From assembly GCA_036785375.1 (NCBI GenBank), contig JAWMAR010000142.1, positions 2,666,001-2,730,000 on the forward strand: a DNA stretch of 64,000 nucleotides, given 5' to 3'. Positions 52,841 to 64,000 of this stretch are shown piece after piece. Each line of letters opens with the position of its first letter. The first letter of the stretch is position 1. Made by a program: the position numbers and the translations under genes. The stretch comes from Leucoraja ocellata. Taxonomy: Eukaryota. Below the pieces are notes generated by a model, which was not told where the DNA came from, ran no database searches, and saw nothing but the letters and a program-made list of their open reading frames with translations.

Positions 52841-53859
52841 CAGGACGGTGGGAGTAGTTTTGCCAGTAGGGCGGCAGCAGTTCAAAAAGGCAACTCTCTC
52901 TATCACCTCCCTAATCAGTCCCAACACTATGTTTTTAATCATTCATTGTTATGTTGGGAGACACTGTAAGTCAGCCCCTATCATACCTTTGAAATTGTGC
53001 ACACCCTTCATTACAAGGCCACAGTGTCCCCAATCACACTCTTAAATCCAGGGAGGTCCAGGCCCTGGCTGTCAAATCCACCAACCAGTCCATTCCAGGA
53101 CCCAGACCCCAACGTTGTGACATCTGAAGATCTCCAATGGAGGATAACATAGAATGCTGCTTCCCAAATACCAAGAGTTTGGATTTTTATCAGAATTCAA
53201 AATACTGGATAAAACTCACAAGCCCTGATATATGGTAGGGCTACCTAAATACCACAGACACGGGAAGTGCAAAAAAAAACCCAACAACAAAAAGGCCGAG
53301 GTAAACCATCCATTTTGCGGAATGTAAGAAAATCCCAGCAAGTTGTTTTGCCAATTTTCGTTGGTACAGCGGGTGAAGGTGAATTTTCCAACAGCTGAGA
53401 ACATCACGTTGCTAAGGCAACATGAATTACATGGCCATTGTGTTTCACAAAAGGTATTCTATTGAAAAAATACATGGGAATAAACACTACATCAATTTGG
53501 AAAGAATATCCCACTTCTATTTTATTTATTAATGATCAACAATTTAAACATATTTATGGTTGCTTCTAAAAGCTCAGTGTGCACCTAAGCTCCTAACTGG
53601 GAGGAAATAAACAGCAAATGCAATGAATTTGCGGCAGATCCATCATCAAAGGTTTCAAAGATCTTTTGTTGTCACGTACCAATTAAGGTACAGTGATATG
53701 CGAATTACCATACAGCCATACGAAAAAAAAAGCAACAAGACACACAACTACATAAAAGTTAACATAAACATCCACCACAGCAGATTCCCCACATTCCTCA
53801 CTGTGATGGAAGGCAAAAAACTCCACTCTTCTTCCTCTTTGTGAAGCGAACAGATATGG

Positions 53860-54190
53860 TTCGGTTCAGTTCAGTTCAGGGAAATAGCCATGGAAGCAGG
53901 CCCTTCGGCCCACTGAATCCATGCCAACCACCGGTCACCCATTCACACTCGTTCAATGTGATCCCACTTTCGCATCCACTCCCTACACATTGGGGCATCA
54001 TAGAGCTGTCAATTAGCATACAAACCCGCATGTCTTTGGGATGTGGGGAGAAACCAGGGTACCTGGCGGAATCCCAAGCGGTACAGGGAGAACGTGCAAA
54101 CGCCACACACACAGCACCCGAGATCAAGATCGAACCCAGATCTCTGGTGCTATGAGGCAGCAGCTCTAACAACTGTGCCACATTGCCGCC
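53860..54190 (-). mobile_element. HE1-like V-SINE with (GTTCA)n tail
   Basis: GGCCCTTCGGCCCAC tail, GATCGAACCC B-box complement. Confidence 0.85.
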
Positions 54191-57100
54191 CCCATTAAAT
54201 CGAACCTGGTGCTAGGCTTGTTTTTATGAAGAAGAATGTGTTCCAACTATTGACCCATCTTCACTCTTCAGTGAGACTGTGGCAAATATCCAGCATTTCC
54301 TGCAGGAACGATGGCCTATCATCTTTGGGCGATCCCCAACACTACATGTAGAAAAATGACAAATCATTCCCAATAAGCTTCAATGGTGGTTCTTTTTATT
54401 GTCACGTGTACCAAAGGTAAAGTGAAATACATTTTTTTGCATATAGCTCAGTGGGATTATTGTAATACATAGATAAACCCCGATTAAGTACCCCATGCAT
54501 GAAAACACCCCACTGAATCCATATGCAATAGTCGCCAGAATTTGGTGCCATTTTGCACAGTCCAATAAAAGCTCATTGCAGCCATCACCTCATTCGGATC
54601 ACCAGCGAACCATCCTTCACCTCTCCAGGCCTTCAGCCTTCGTGCACCCGCAGCCGACTTTAGGTTAGAATCTACGCTTCACCTACCAGCCCTTGGTCCA
54701 CAACACCGGCAATAGCCATGTGGTGTGGAGTACAGCAGATGCAAGTGAGAAAACAATCTGAGCACATGCATTCTGGATACTTGGCTGAAAACCACTGCAG
54801 GAGCAAAGTTCATGGTTTGAATAATACAAAATCGTGAGAAAGATGAGCACAAAGAACAAATTTTGTGAAACTATTATAAGCAGGAGTGGGCCATTTGACT
54901 CCCTGCCATTCAATTAGATCATGGCAGACTTTTAACTCAGAACCAGTTTCTTGCACTCACAGCATAATCCCTCAAATCCCCAAATGAAGGAAAATCTGTT
55001 GACCTTGCGTTTGGAGCATATTGCTGCACTAACTCGCTTGACATCTCCCACTGGGTAGAACATTCCAATGATTCATTTTCCCCTGGACAAAGAAATTTCT
55101 TCCCAAACGTTCCCCAATGGCCAACCCCTTACTTTGAGGAGCATAGGAACCAAAACACTTGGCTTAAAACAAGGGCAGACTCTTATTGTCTGCCAGCTTC
55201 TGGAGATTGGGTAGGGGCCAATGGAAAGAGAACAGAAACTTGCAAGAGGTGATAAAATCTCTGCTTGCAACAAATGTCAGGAATCAATCCTGTGGGTTAT
55301 TCTTCCAGACAACTCACAAGGCTCCATAGATATGCCCATCCTTTCCTATGCTGCTGTCTTTTCCCCACCTAATGAAGCCAGTGCAGGGTAACTAAGGGAA
55401 CAAGAGCACTATCCTAATTTGGTAGATGACCTACCATCTACCTCATCGGACTTCACTGGACTTTATCTTGCACCAAATGTTATTCCCTTTATTCTGTATC
55501 ACTATATTGTGGATGGTTTGATTGTAATCACGTACAGTCTTTCTGCTGACTGGATAGCATGCAACAAAAAAAAATCACTGTACTTCGGTACACGTGACAA
55601 CAATAAACAAAACTAAGCTAAACTATTAATAGTTGTGATTTGTGAAAACTTGAAATGGTTTTAAATAGGATTTTGAAAGGACTCCAATTCCAATTGCCCC
55701 AGCCAAATTAGTTTAGTTTATTGTTCAGAAAAACTTTGGTTACGTGCACCAAATTACCACGCCTTAAGAGCTTGCAATAAAAGAGCCTTCAATATCCTCA
55801 TTGGTGTCAGTATTGAAGCTCATGCATCCTGTGGTCAATTAGTTACAGCGTGGTGTCTACAAAACAGCTCAGTTTTAAAAATATCTGGTACTCGCTATCT
55901 GCTGTACATCTGTGGTACTCCTTTACTGGGCGGGTGCTGCTGGATTCTGCACATGGTAAAGGCGATACTTCAAATTGAGTCATCAGTTTAAAATTTTTTG
56001 AGGGCAGGGTTGTCCCTTCAGTAAAAGAGCAGTCGCTGGAAGCATTCGCTGCTTCTCTCCCAGCAGGCGCTGCCTGACCTGCTGAGTATTCCCAGCATTT
56101 TCTGCTTTAAATATCCCTTCAGGTGATTTGATTTTTGGAAGGTGCCACCAGGAAGCTGGCTGCAAGAAATGTTTCAGCACGTCAATCACTTCTAGCACCC
56201 AAAGGACTGGGTATAGTCGAAACGGTAATTTGAAATTTAGTCCAGTTACAACTCATTACACATTCTCCCTAAGGGGTATATAGATAGGCAATGTTTTCAG
56301 TCGGGACACTTCTTCAGACTGAAGGCGGGTCCGAAGAGAGGCTCCAACCCGAAACATCCGTCTATCCCTGTTCTCCAGAGATGCTGCCTGACTTGCTGTT
56401 CTGCTCAAGATACCAGCATCAGCACTTCCTTGTTTATTGTACAACCTAGAGTCCCAGCTTTGTTAAAATTTAAAAACAGGCCCTTAAGGCCCACTGTGGC
56501 TATGCCAACGCTAATGCCTATCTATACTGCTCCTACTTGCTTGTATTATTACATCTCCTTATTAGCCCTGTTCATTCAAGTACATGTCCAGGTGCCTCGT
56601 CTATGTCGTTATGGTTCCTGCCTCCTCTGACAGCTCATTCTAGATACCAACTATTCAATGCGTGAACATGAATATCTATCTGATCTGATCTCCGATGGGA
56701 AAGGTAATAGATTATTTGATATCCTAATTGTTTCCTATAGATGGATGTTAACTTTCAATGGCCCATATGCAAGGAATTCACACAGCTATACCTGGTACTC
56801 TCTTCAATAGCTAAATATATGATGCCACTGCATACCTAGCATTAGGGTGGTAGAGGGATCAATGTACTAGAATATAACACAGGAATGCAAGAAACAGATA
56901 CAGGAGTAGAGCATTTAGCTCTTGTCATTCATAAGGTCATAAGTGATAACAGCAGAATTAGGCCATTTGGCCCATCAGTCCACTCCGCCATTCAATCATG
57001 GCTGATGTATATCTCCCTCCTTATCCCATTCTCCTGCCTTCTCCCCATAAACTCTGACACCCACACTAATCAAGAATCTATTATCTCTGCCTTAAATATC

Positions 57101-58278
57101 CACTGACTTGGCCTCCACAGCCTTCTGTGGTAAAGAATTCCACAGATTCACTTCACTACCCTCAACAAGATCATGGTGATTTTTTCCATGACGCTACTTT
57201 CCTGCACATCTTGTGATTTTCTTAACATCCAAAACTCTATTCATCTCTTCCTTGAATATACTCAGCCTTCGTGGGTAGAGAATTATATAGAGTCATACAG
57301 CACGGAAACAGACCCTTTAGCCCAACTCGTCCGTGCGACCAAAATGCTCCATATAAACTCGTCCCACCTGCCTGCTTGGGCAAATATCCCTCTAAACTTT
57401 TGCTACTCATGTACCTCTGCCCAAATGCCTTTTAAATATTGTTTATAGTACCTGCCTCACCTACCTCCTCTGGCAGCTCATTCCATATACCCACCACCCT
57501 CTGTGTGACAATGTTGCCCCTCAGGTTCCTCTTCTCATTCTTGAGAACAGATGCAACAGAGACAGAAACTGTGAGAAAGGGAAGGTGTCCTTGAAAGAGA
57601 AAGGGTGGGAGGAGGTACAGTCGAGGTAGCTATGGAAATCAGTGGGTTTGTAGTAATATTTATCAAGCATCAAACACTTGAACAACACTGCACAACCATA
57701 ACAACAACTCTACCTCAGCGACAAACTATGATGGACTTTTTATAGGTTGTACTATGTACTTCAGCATGCATAATTAGTCTGGTTATGTAGTATAACTGAT
57801 AATTTATTGTATTATTGCTTATTGTTTACGATATGGTGGTGTGTTTATGTGCCCATAAAACTGCAGCAAGTAAGAATTTCATTGTTTCATTCCCTTTGCA
57901 GATCTCTTGGCTTTTGATGTCTGTGTACAGTGCGGCTCCTGAGAGAGAGATCAACAAAGGGGAAAGAGTTGTAGAGATGATCCAAGTGAACTTGAGGGTA
58001 GAGTGGAGGTTAGTGGTAAAGTTGATGAATTTTGCATGGGTGCAAGAGTCAGCCCCAAAACATTGGCGAGGCAGAGAAAGAGGTGGGGAGGTACGGTATA
58101 GCTGTGGTACACATAGGTGCCCAAGAAATTAAGATTTGAAGAAAGTAAAATAATTCTTAAAACATGAGAGGTTGAGAAACTAACTAACACTAGGGTGTAT
58201 TTAGTGGTGCAAAATTAACCCATTATAGACATTGGACTTTGACTGTGGAACTGATGCACCATAATGCTGAGAACTGTA

Positions 58279-58767
58279 GGTTACACAAAAAAGCTGGAGA
58301 AACTCAGTGGGTGCAGCAGCATCTATGGAGCGAAGGAAATAGGCAACGTTTCGGGCCGAAACCCTTCTTCAGACTGCTGTCTGAGGCGTCTTGAACATAG
58401 GTAGGGAGGGATTTAACCAAGCGTGATAGGATGGAGTCAAGGTATTTGGAAATGAGTTCGGTGGGGCACGAACAGGCAGAGACAAAGGGTCTTCCGGGAC
58501 AGTCAGGTTTGTGGATTTTAGGGAGAAGGTAAAATCGGGCTGTGCGGGGCTGGGGAACGATGAGGTTGGAGGCTCGGTCGGGTAGGGCATTGGAGTGGAT
58601 GAAGTTGGTGATGGTGCTGGAGATGGTGGCCTGGTGCTCGTCAGTGGGGTCATGGTCCAGGGGTAAGTAGGAGGAGGTGTCCGAGAGTTGGCGCGTGGCC
58701 TCAGCTTTGTAGAGATCGGCGCGCCAGACTACCACGGCACCTCCCTTGTCAGCGGGTTTGATAACCA
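58279..58767 (-). mobile_element. Penelope-like insertion: RT N-terminal fragment fused to hammerhead terminal repeat, 16-bp TSD
   Basis: IKPADKGGAVVVW...PRTARFYLLPKIHKPDCPGRPFVSACSCPTELISKYLD (PLE RT); AATGCTGAGAACTGTA at 58263-58278 and 58768-58783. Confidence 0.93.
58345..58372 (-). ncRNA. Minimal hammerhead ribozyme core with UUCG-capped stem II
   Basis: Minus strand reads CTGAAGA-A-GGGT-TTCG-GCCC-GAAAC-GTT. Confidence 0.75.
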
Positions 58768-61700
58768 AATGCTGAGAACTGTATTCTGCTCTCTACACTC
58801 TCTTAGCTCTAGCTATTGTACTTGTGTTTGACCAGATAGTATTTATGAATATTGTATTTGCTCTGTTTGGAGAGCATGTGAAACAAAGCTCTTCGCTGTA
58901 CCTCGGGTATAAGTGACAATATTTTACCTAAACCCTATAAATCTTGTTCTCTGGAGATTTACTCAGTCAACTACTTTCTCTCCATCCATAGTTCACTCTA
59001 GCTAATACTGAGCATGCAGAAAGCAGGTTTATTTTAACCATGCACTTAATAACTGATAATGGATTTCAAATGCGTTGCATTCAAATCCACAATACCTTCA
59101 ATGCACCAGCTCCACTTTCCTTTAATCCTTTACCACAGCTGTTAATGTTCTATTGACTTGTCAGCCGAGTTTGGCAAGTTTTCTGTAATTCTATATCAAT
59201 GTTATGTATTTGTTGTCACACTGCTGGTGAAACGACAAGAGAATTCAGCAAGGACTTTCTCACTTTACACATGCCTTTTCCTCATTTCTCATCATTTATT
59301 AACCAGACGAGGGTAATCAGCTTGGTTAAAAATTGATGATCATCTATTGATTACAATTCTAACCCTGTTCATATAGCTTTTACCTCCAGGCAACCCAGCA
59401 GTCATGCATCACATCAGCAAGATGGTGAATTTGCGAGAATTGTTCAGGAGTCCATACTCCAAACTACACCCCACATCACAATGGACAACGGCTGCATCTA
59501 CCTCTATAATTTAGGACTGAATCGAGATACTGAAATTAGAAGTGGAGCTGGTAGCTGCCAACTCTGTACCCGACTGGGCTGTGTCTGAACAAGAGAAACA
59601 TTCTCACTTTCACCTTGTTGGCGTTATTCACCTTCCTCCACAGGGGAAAGGGAGTTCAGAACATAAATATGCAGGCAATGGGGGGGATCTGAGTCGCATG
59701 CATCTGTTTATCTTGGCATCATTTTCAACACAGACATTGTGGGCCAAAGCACCTGTTCCTGTGCTGTACTGTTCCATGCTCTGGAACAGCACAGAAACAG
59801 GCCCTTCGGCCCACAATGTCTGTGTTGCACATGATGCCAAAATTAACTCATCTTATCTGCCTGCATGTGATACATATCCCAAGCATCCATTTACACACCC
59901 ATTTTATTCTCCTTTCAATCCCATCAACTCCCCCCAGATTCTTCCACTTATCTGCACAGGGGGAACAGCTTACATTAGCCAATTAACCTACCAATCTGCG
60001 CCTCTTTGAGATGTAGCACCTGGGGGAAACATATGGTCACAGGGAGAACATGCAAGCTCCATGCAATAGAAGCGCATCTCTCAATTTGCACCCAGTACGC
60101 ACCGGGTTTACCACACCACCTCCAAACTGGGGGTCAAGGAAAGAACGGTCACATCGCAGCCCTGTTTCCACCAATCTTTCCACCACCATGCACAAGAAGC
60201 GACAAGACAGGCACCATTGTGTGTAGATGCCATTGTGTGTAGATGCTTTGGCTGAACAACTTCTAATATTGTGTGTGGACTCGATAAGAAGACCTCCAAA
60301 CTCTTTTCTGCAGCACAGACATTTATGCAACTGTCAAGACTTACTCCCCCCCTCCCCAATATTTGCACGTCTCCAATACTTAATTTTCGTGTATCTTGTT
60401 GTGTTTTATGACTGTTGATAGACCAATTTCCCTCCTGTGTAAAATAAAGTTCTATTGTGTCCAAGACCTCCTTCATCTTCCAGGTAAATATTTTAAATGG
60501 TATTCTGCGTGTTAACTCTCACCAATCCCCTCTCCTCTTCCTTGTTGACATCCCCAATGCCTCTCTGACTAATCCAGTTCAGTTCGCTAATCAGCTTGCA
60601 ATTGCTCCAGAGTCCAATCTTTTATTAGACTAAATCTCCCTCAGCCGAGGTCCAGGCTAATCCTGTGATCTTCTCTCAGCCACTTCTCACCATCTCCTCA
60701 ATGCTCAGCGGAAAATTACTTCCCTCACTGGCTTGTGGTGTAAATGCCTTTGCGTGCAATTAACATCCTAGACCTAGCCAACATATAAAGTGGCTTCAGC
60801 GAAAATCTGGTGTGGGCCTCTCACACAACTTCCCTTTCATATGTATTTTTAACTCACAGATTGTCACATTTTGTCTAAGAACCCTACATGTAATAGAGTG
60901 AAACAAGAAAGAGGACTGGACAAAGTTCTGCTGATGCACTGCTATAATTCAAAAACTCAACTGGAGCCAAATTTGGAAACTTGTTGTGCAGAAAATATTG
61001 AAAGTCTCCATTCCACCATGTTAGGTCAATGTACTTCATAAGTCTGGTCAGACACAATTAGGGAGCTATCTGCTTCACAGATTAGGAGTTGGCAGAAAAA
61101 AATCCAGAAAACAAAGTAACTGGAGATTTGTTTTGATCACATCAAAACAATGAACTTTAAATTTCAAATCAAAGGATAAAAAAAATATATATATATATAG
61201 CCCATTTAGATAAGTCAATGGATATTTTAAATGCAGAGATAGACAGGTTCTTGATTAGTAAAGGTGTCAAGGATTATGGGGAGAAGGCAGGAGAATGGGA
61301 TTGAGAGGGAAAGATAGATCAGCAGTGATTGAATGGCGGAATAGACTTGATGGGCCAATTGGCCTAATTCTGCTCCTATATCTTATGTACTTAAGAAAAA
61401 TTGTTCAGATCAACACATGACCATAGGGCCAGGAGGGAGCACAGCAGGAATGACTGGCATGATGTCAACCACTGCTGGTTGAAATGGACCAGCCACACTT
61501 ACGAGAAGAAGCTGGACCTTTCACAAAGCTTTCAGATGGGGCAATTTAGAGATTCAAGCCATCTCAGACACAGTGAGATCAGACCATGCTCCTCAATCAT
61601 CACAGAGCGACGTTAACCGCAGGCAGGACGTGACGCTGCCAAGGACCACCACACTTTTGGCTGCAGGCGCCAGGAATCCAGCTGGATCTTAAAATATATG

Positions 61701-61869
61701 TCAACATGTACATACTCATGTCACCACCTGTTTGAGCTGATGTGCTAAAGTTCCAAGCCACATTAAAACAACAAAAAGTATGAAAAAAACACTGCAAGAT
61801 CAGTAACATAAAACTAATATGTGTAGGAAGGAACTGCAGATGCAGATGTTGAAAAAATAAGTTGAATTA

Positions 61870-62258
61870 AAAAGGACATAAAGTGATGGAACAACTCAGT
61901 GGATTGGGCAGCATCTCTGAAGAACATGGAGAGGTAACGTTTCGGGTCGAGACCCATCTTCAGTCATGATCTTGAGTTTGACTTGTTTGTATCGATTTAT
62001 AGTATAATCTGATCTGATTGGATTGCATGCAAAACACTGTATGCTTTTCACTCTACCTTGGTACACGTGACAATAAGAAAATTAAGTCAAAACCTGAAAC
62101 TAAAACCAAAATAAATCAAAGACTGAGGAACGGTCTCCACCCAAGACGTCACCTATTCATGCTCTCCAGAGATGCCGCCTGACCTGTTGAGCTACTCCAC
62201 CTCTTTGTGTCCTTTTGTGTAAAAAACACCAAGCATCTGCAGTTCCTTGTTTCTTTAC
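61870..62258. mobile_element. Inverted-dimer PLE-derived element, 12-bp TSD, with a Rex-like tail inserted centrally
   Basis: TAAGTTGAATTA at 61858-61869 and 62259-62270; arms 61870-61965 and ~62120-62220 are imperfect reverse complements. Confidence 0.8.
61936..61963 (-). ncRNA. Minimal hammerhead ribozyme core
   Basis: Minus strand reads CTGAAGA-T-GGGTC-TC-GACCC-GAAAC-GTT. Confidence 0.72.
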
Positions 62259-62473
62259 TAAGTTGAATTATGTGGGCCTGTAAACTGTACTGTAAATGCA
62301 AATGAACAGGGGGGTTTATTCGAGACACTTCTTCAGTCTGATTCTCAAATTATATTTCTCCAGAGATGCTGCCTGTCCCTCTGAGCTATTCCAGCATTTT
62401 GTGTCTATCTTTGGTGTAAACCAGCATCTGCAGTTCCTTCCCACACAGGGGGGGTTTATTCATTAGTCTATAT

Positions 62474-62835
62474 CAGTGATTCCCAACCTGGGGCCATATG
62501 GCCCCAAAGGAGCCAAGGCAAATTTCAGGGTGGCCACAGAAACATTTGGGGATTTAGGGGGCCACAGGTTCAATGAAGGGGGCCACAGAGCTACCACCCT
62601 GTTGCCTCCTAAATTTCAGTTCTAATAAATTTAAATCTATGTAGTTGAAATATTTTTGATGTTTGTGGTAACAGAATAAAAGAGAATATATGTGCAATTA
62701 ATAGACACTGATATTTTTATGGAAGGTATTATAATATTGAAGTACTTTTTTTCTGCTAATAATGTTGGGGGGGGGCACAGAAAAATTAAAAGATCCCAAG
62801 AGGGCCATGAGCTAAAAAAAGGTTGGGAACCACTG
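62474..62835. mobile_element. hAT (Charlie-like) MITE with 8-bp TSD
   Basis: TIRs CAGTGATTCCCAACCT / AGGTTGGGAACCACTG; TSD GTCTATAT / GTCTACAT (7/8); internal GGCCACAG repeats. Confidence 0.9.
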
Positions 62836-63510
62836 GTCTACATAACCATGAGGTTGAAGATGGTATGGTGTCAATGGCACAAATTACGACGTGATTATCA
62901 TGGCCGCACCATAAAGCGTTTTACCGTGATATCACGATGAACAAGTCTGAACCAGCTCACGAATGTGTTTAGTGTTGTCTATCTAAACAAGCAGCTTGGG
63001 AGAGACTTGCTGGCCAATTGAGTTCTTCATGCAAGTGTGAGCTCTTTAACAGAAATGTTTTGCTGCCTGCTCTCTTGTAACTGCACATTAATCATGTGAA
63101 AAGCAAAATAGCCCAACAACCCCCATTTGTTTCCAGAGGGGCTCTATTTGTATGGATACTGGAGTTCCGCCTTGTGTGATGTGCTGAACTGAAGGAGTGC
63201 AGCACGCAATGGGGTAACAGCAAACAAAAATGTTGAAACCGGGGCAAAACCTGGTTCTTAAATAAAGACCAGCCAGGTGGCTTACACCACAGGTCACACT
63301 GTTCCGAACTGTCGACAGAGCCCACGTGTCATTGACTCGTTGTTCACTAAAAAGAGAGTCAGCTGTTAAAGAAACAATTCTCCATAGTAGCCACAGTGCA
63401 ACAACACAAAGGCAGTGCTGGAAAAGAGTGAATGGCAGCCATGGAGAGGGACTCATGGCAGAATGCTGTGGTGTGACCCAGCCCTGCGCCACACACGGCC
63501 ACGAGCCAGT

Positions 63511-63752
63511 GTTTAGTTTAGTTTAGAGAGATAGCGTGGAAACAGGCCCTTCAGCCCACTGTGTCCATGCTGACCAATAATCACCCATACACTAGGTCTT
63601 TCCTACGCACTAGGAACAATTTACAGAAGCCAATTAACCTGCAAACCAGCACAATGTTGGAGTGTGGGAGGAAGCCGGAGCACTCGGAGAAAGTCCACGC
63701 AGGTCACAGGTGCTGTAAGGCAGCAACTCTACCGCTGCACCACTGTGCCGCC
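63511..63752 (-). mobile_element. HE1-like V-SINE with internal deletion
   Basis: (GTTTA)n tail, GGAAACAGGCCCTTC, GCAGCAACTCTACCGCTGCACCACTGTGCCG head complement. Confidence 0.88.
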
Positions 63753-64000
63753 CCCCCTGCAGTCATGGGGTTATTGTCAATGGTGCTTGCAGGTAAAATG
63801 TGGAGCTCTGAAAAATGAGTCTGACAAATTCCCAGGCCTAGCCTTCTGTTCTTATCTCTGACCTTTGTTCCAATCATCTGCTTATCAAAAAAACTCTCAC
63901 CTATGTTGACCTATTGCCTGCCACGCTTTGTCCGGTCTCTCGCCTTTTCTAGCTTTCTTCTCCCCTATCCCCAATTAATCTGACGAAGGGTCTCAACCCA

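Noticed and set aside
63088-63526. ORFs in unique sequence near the window end
   Set aside because: No recognisable domain or splice structure.

Overview
Eukaryotic, repeat-dense, apparently non-genic (intronic or intergenic) DNA, most likely from a cartilaginous fish (skate/ray-like). The basis is many HE1/V-SINE copies with (CTAAA)n tails, CR1/HER1 and Rex1 LINE fragments, a DeuSINE, Penelope-like element (PLE) fragments, two Tc1 relics, hAT, Harbinger-like and Helitron non-autonomous elements, and two N gaps. I found no host protein-coding exon I can support; every recognisable ORF is transposon-derived. Most notable: (1) a dispersed family of short PLE-derived insertions carrying minimal hammerhead-ribozyme cores (CTGAAGA-stem-GAAACGTH), often as inverted dimers flanked by 11-16 bp target-site duplications (TSDs); (2) a covarying stem-loop shared by five otherwise divergent retroposons with different tails; (3) a local duplication giving filled and empty versions of a young LINE insertion with an uninterrupted ORF; (4) a cargo-laden 5-bp-TSD hAT-like element next to a complete non-autonomous Helitron. 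Family names come from recall of motifs, not database searches; boundaries of degraded repeats are approximate.
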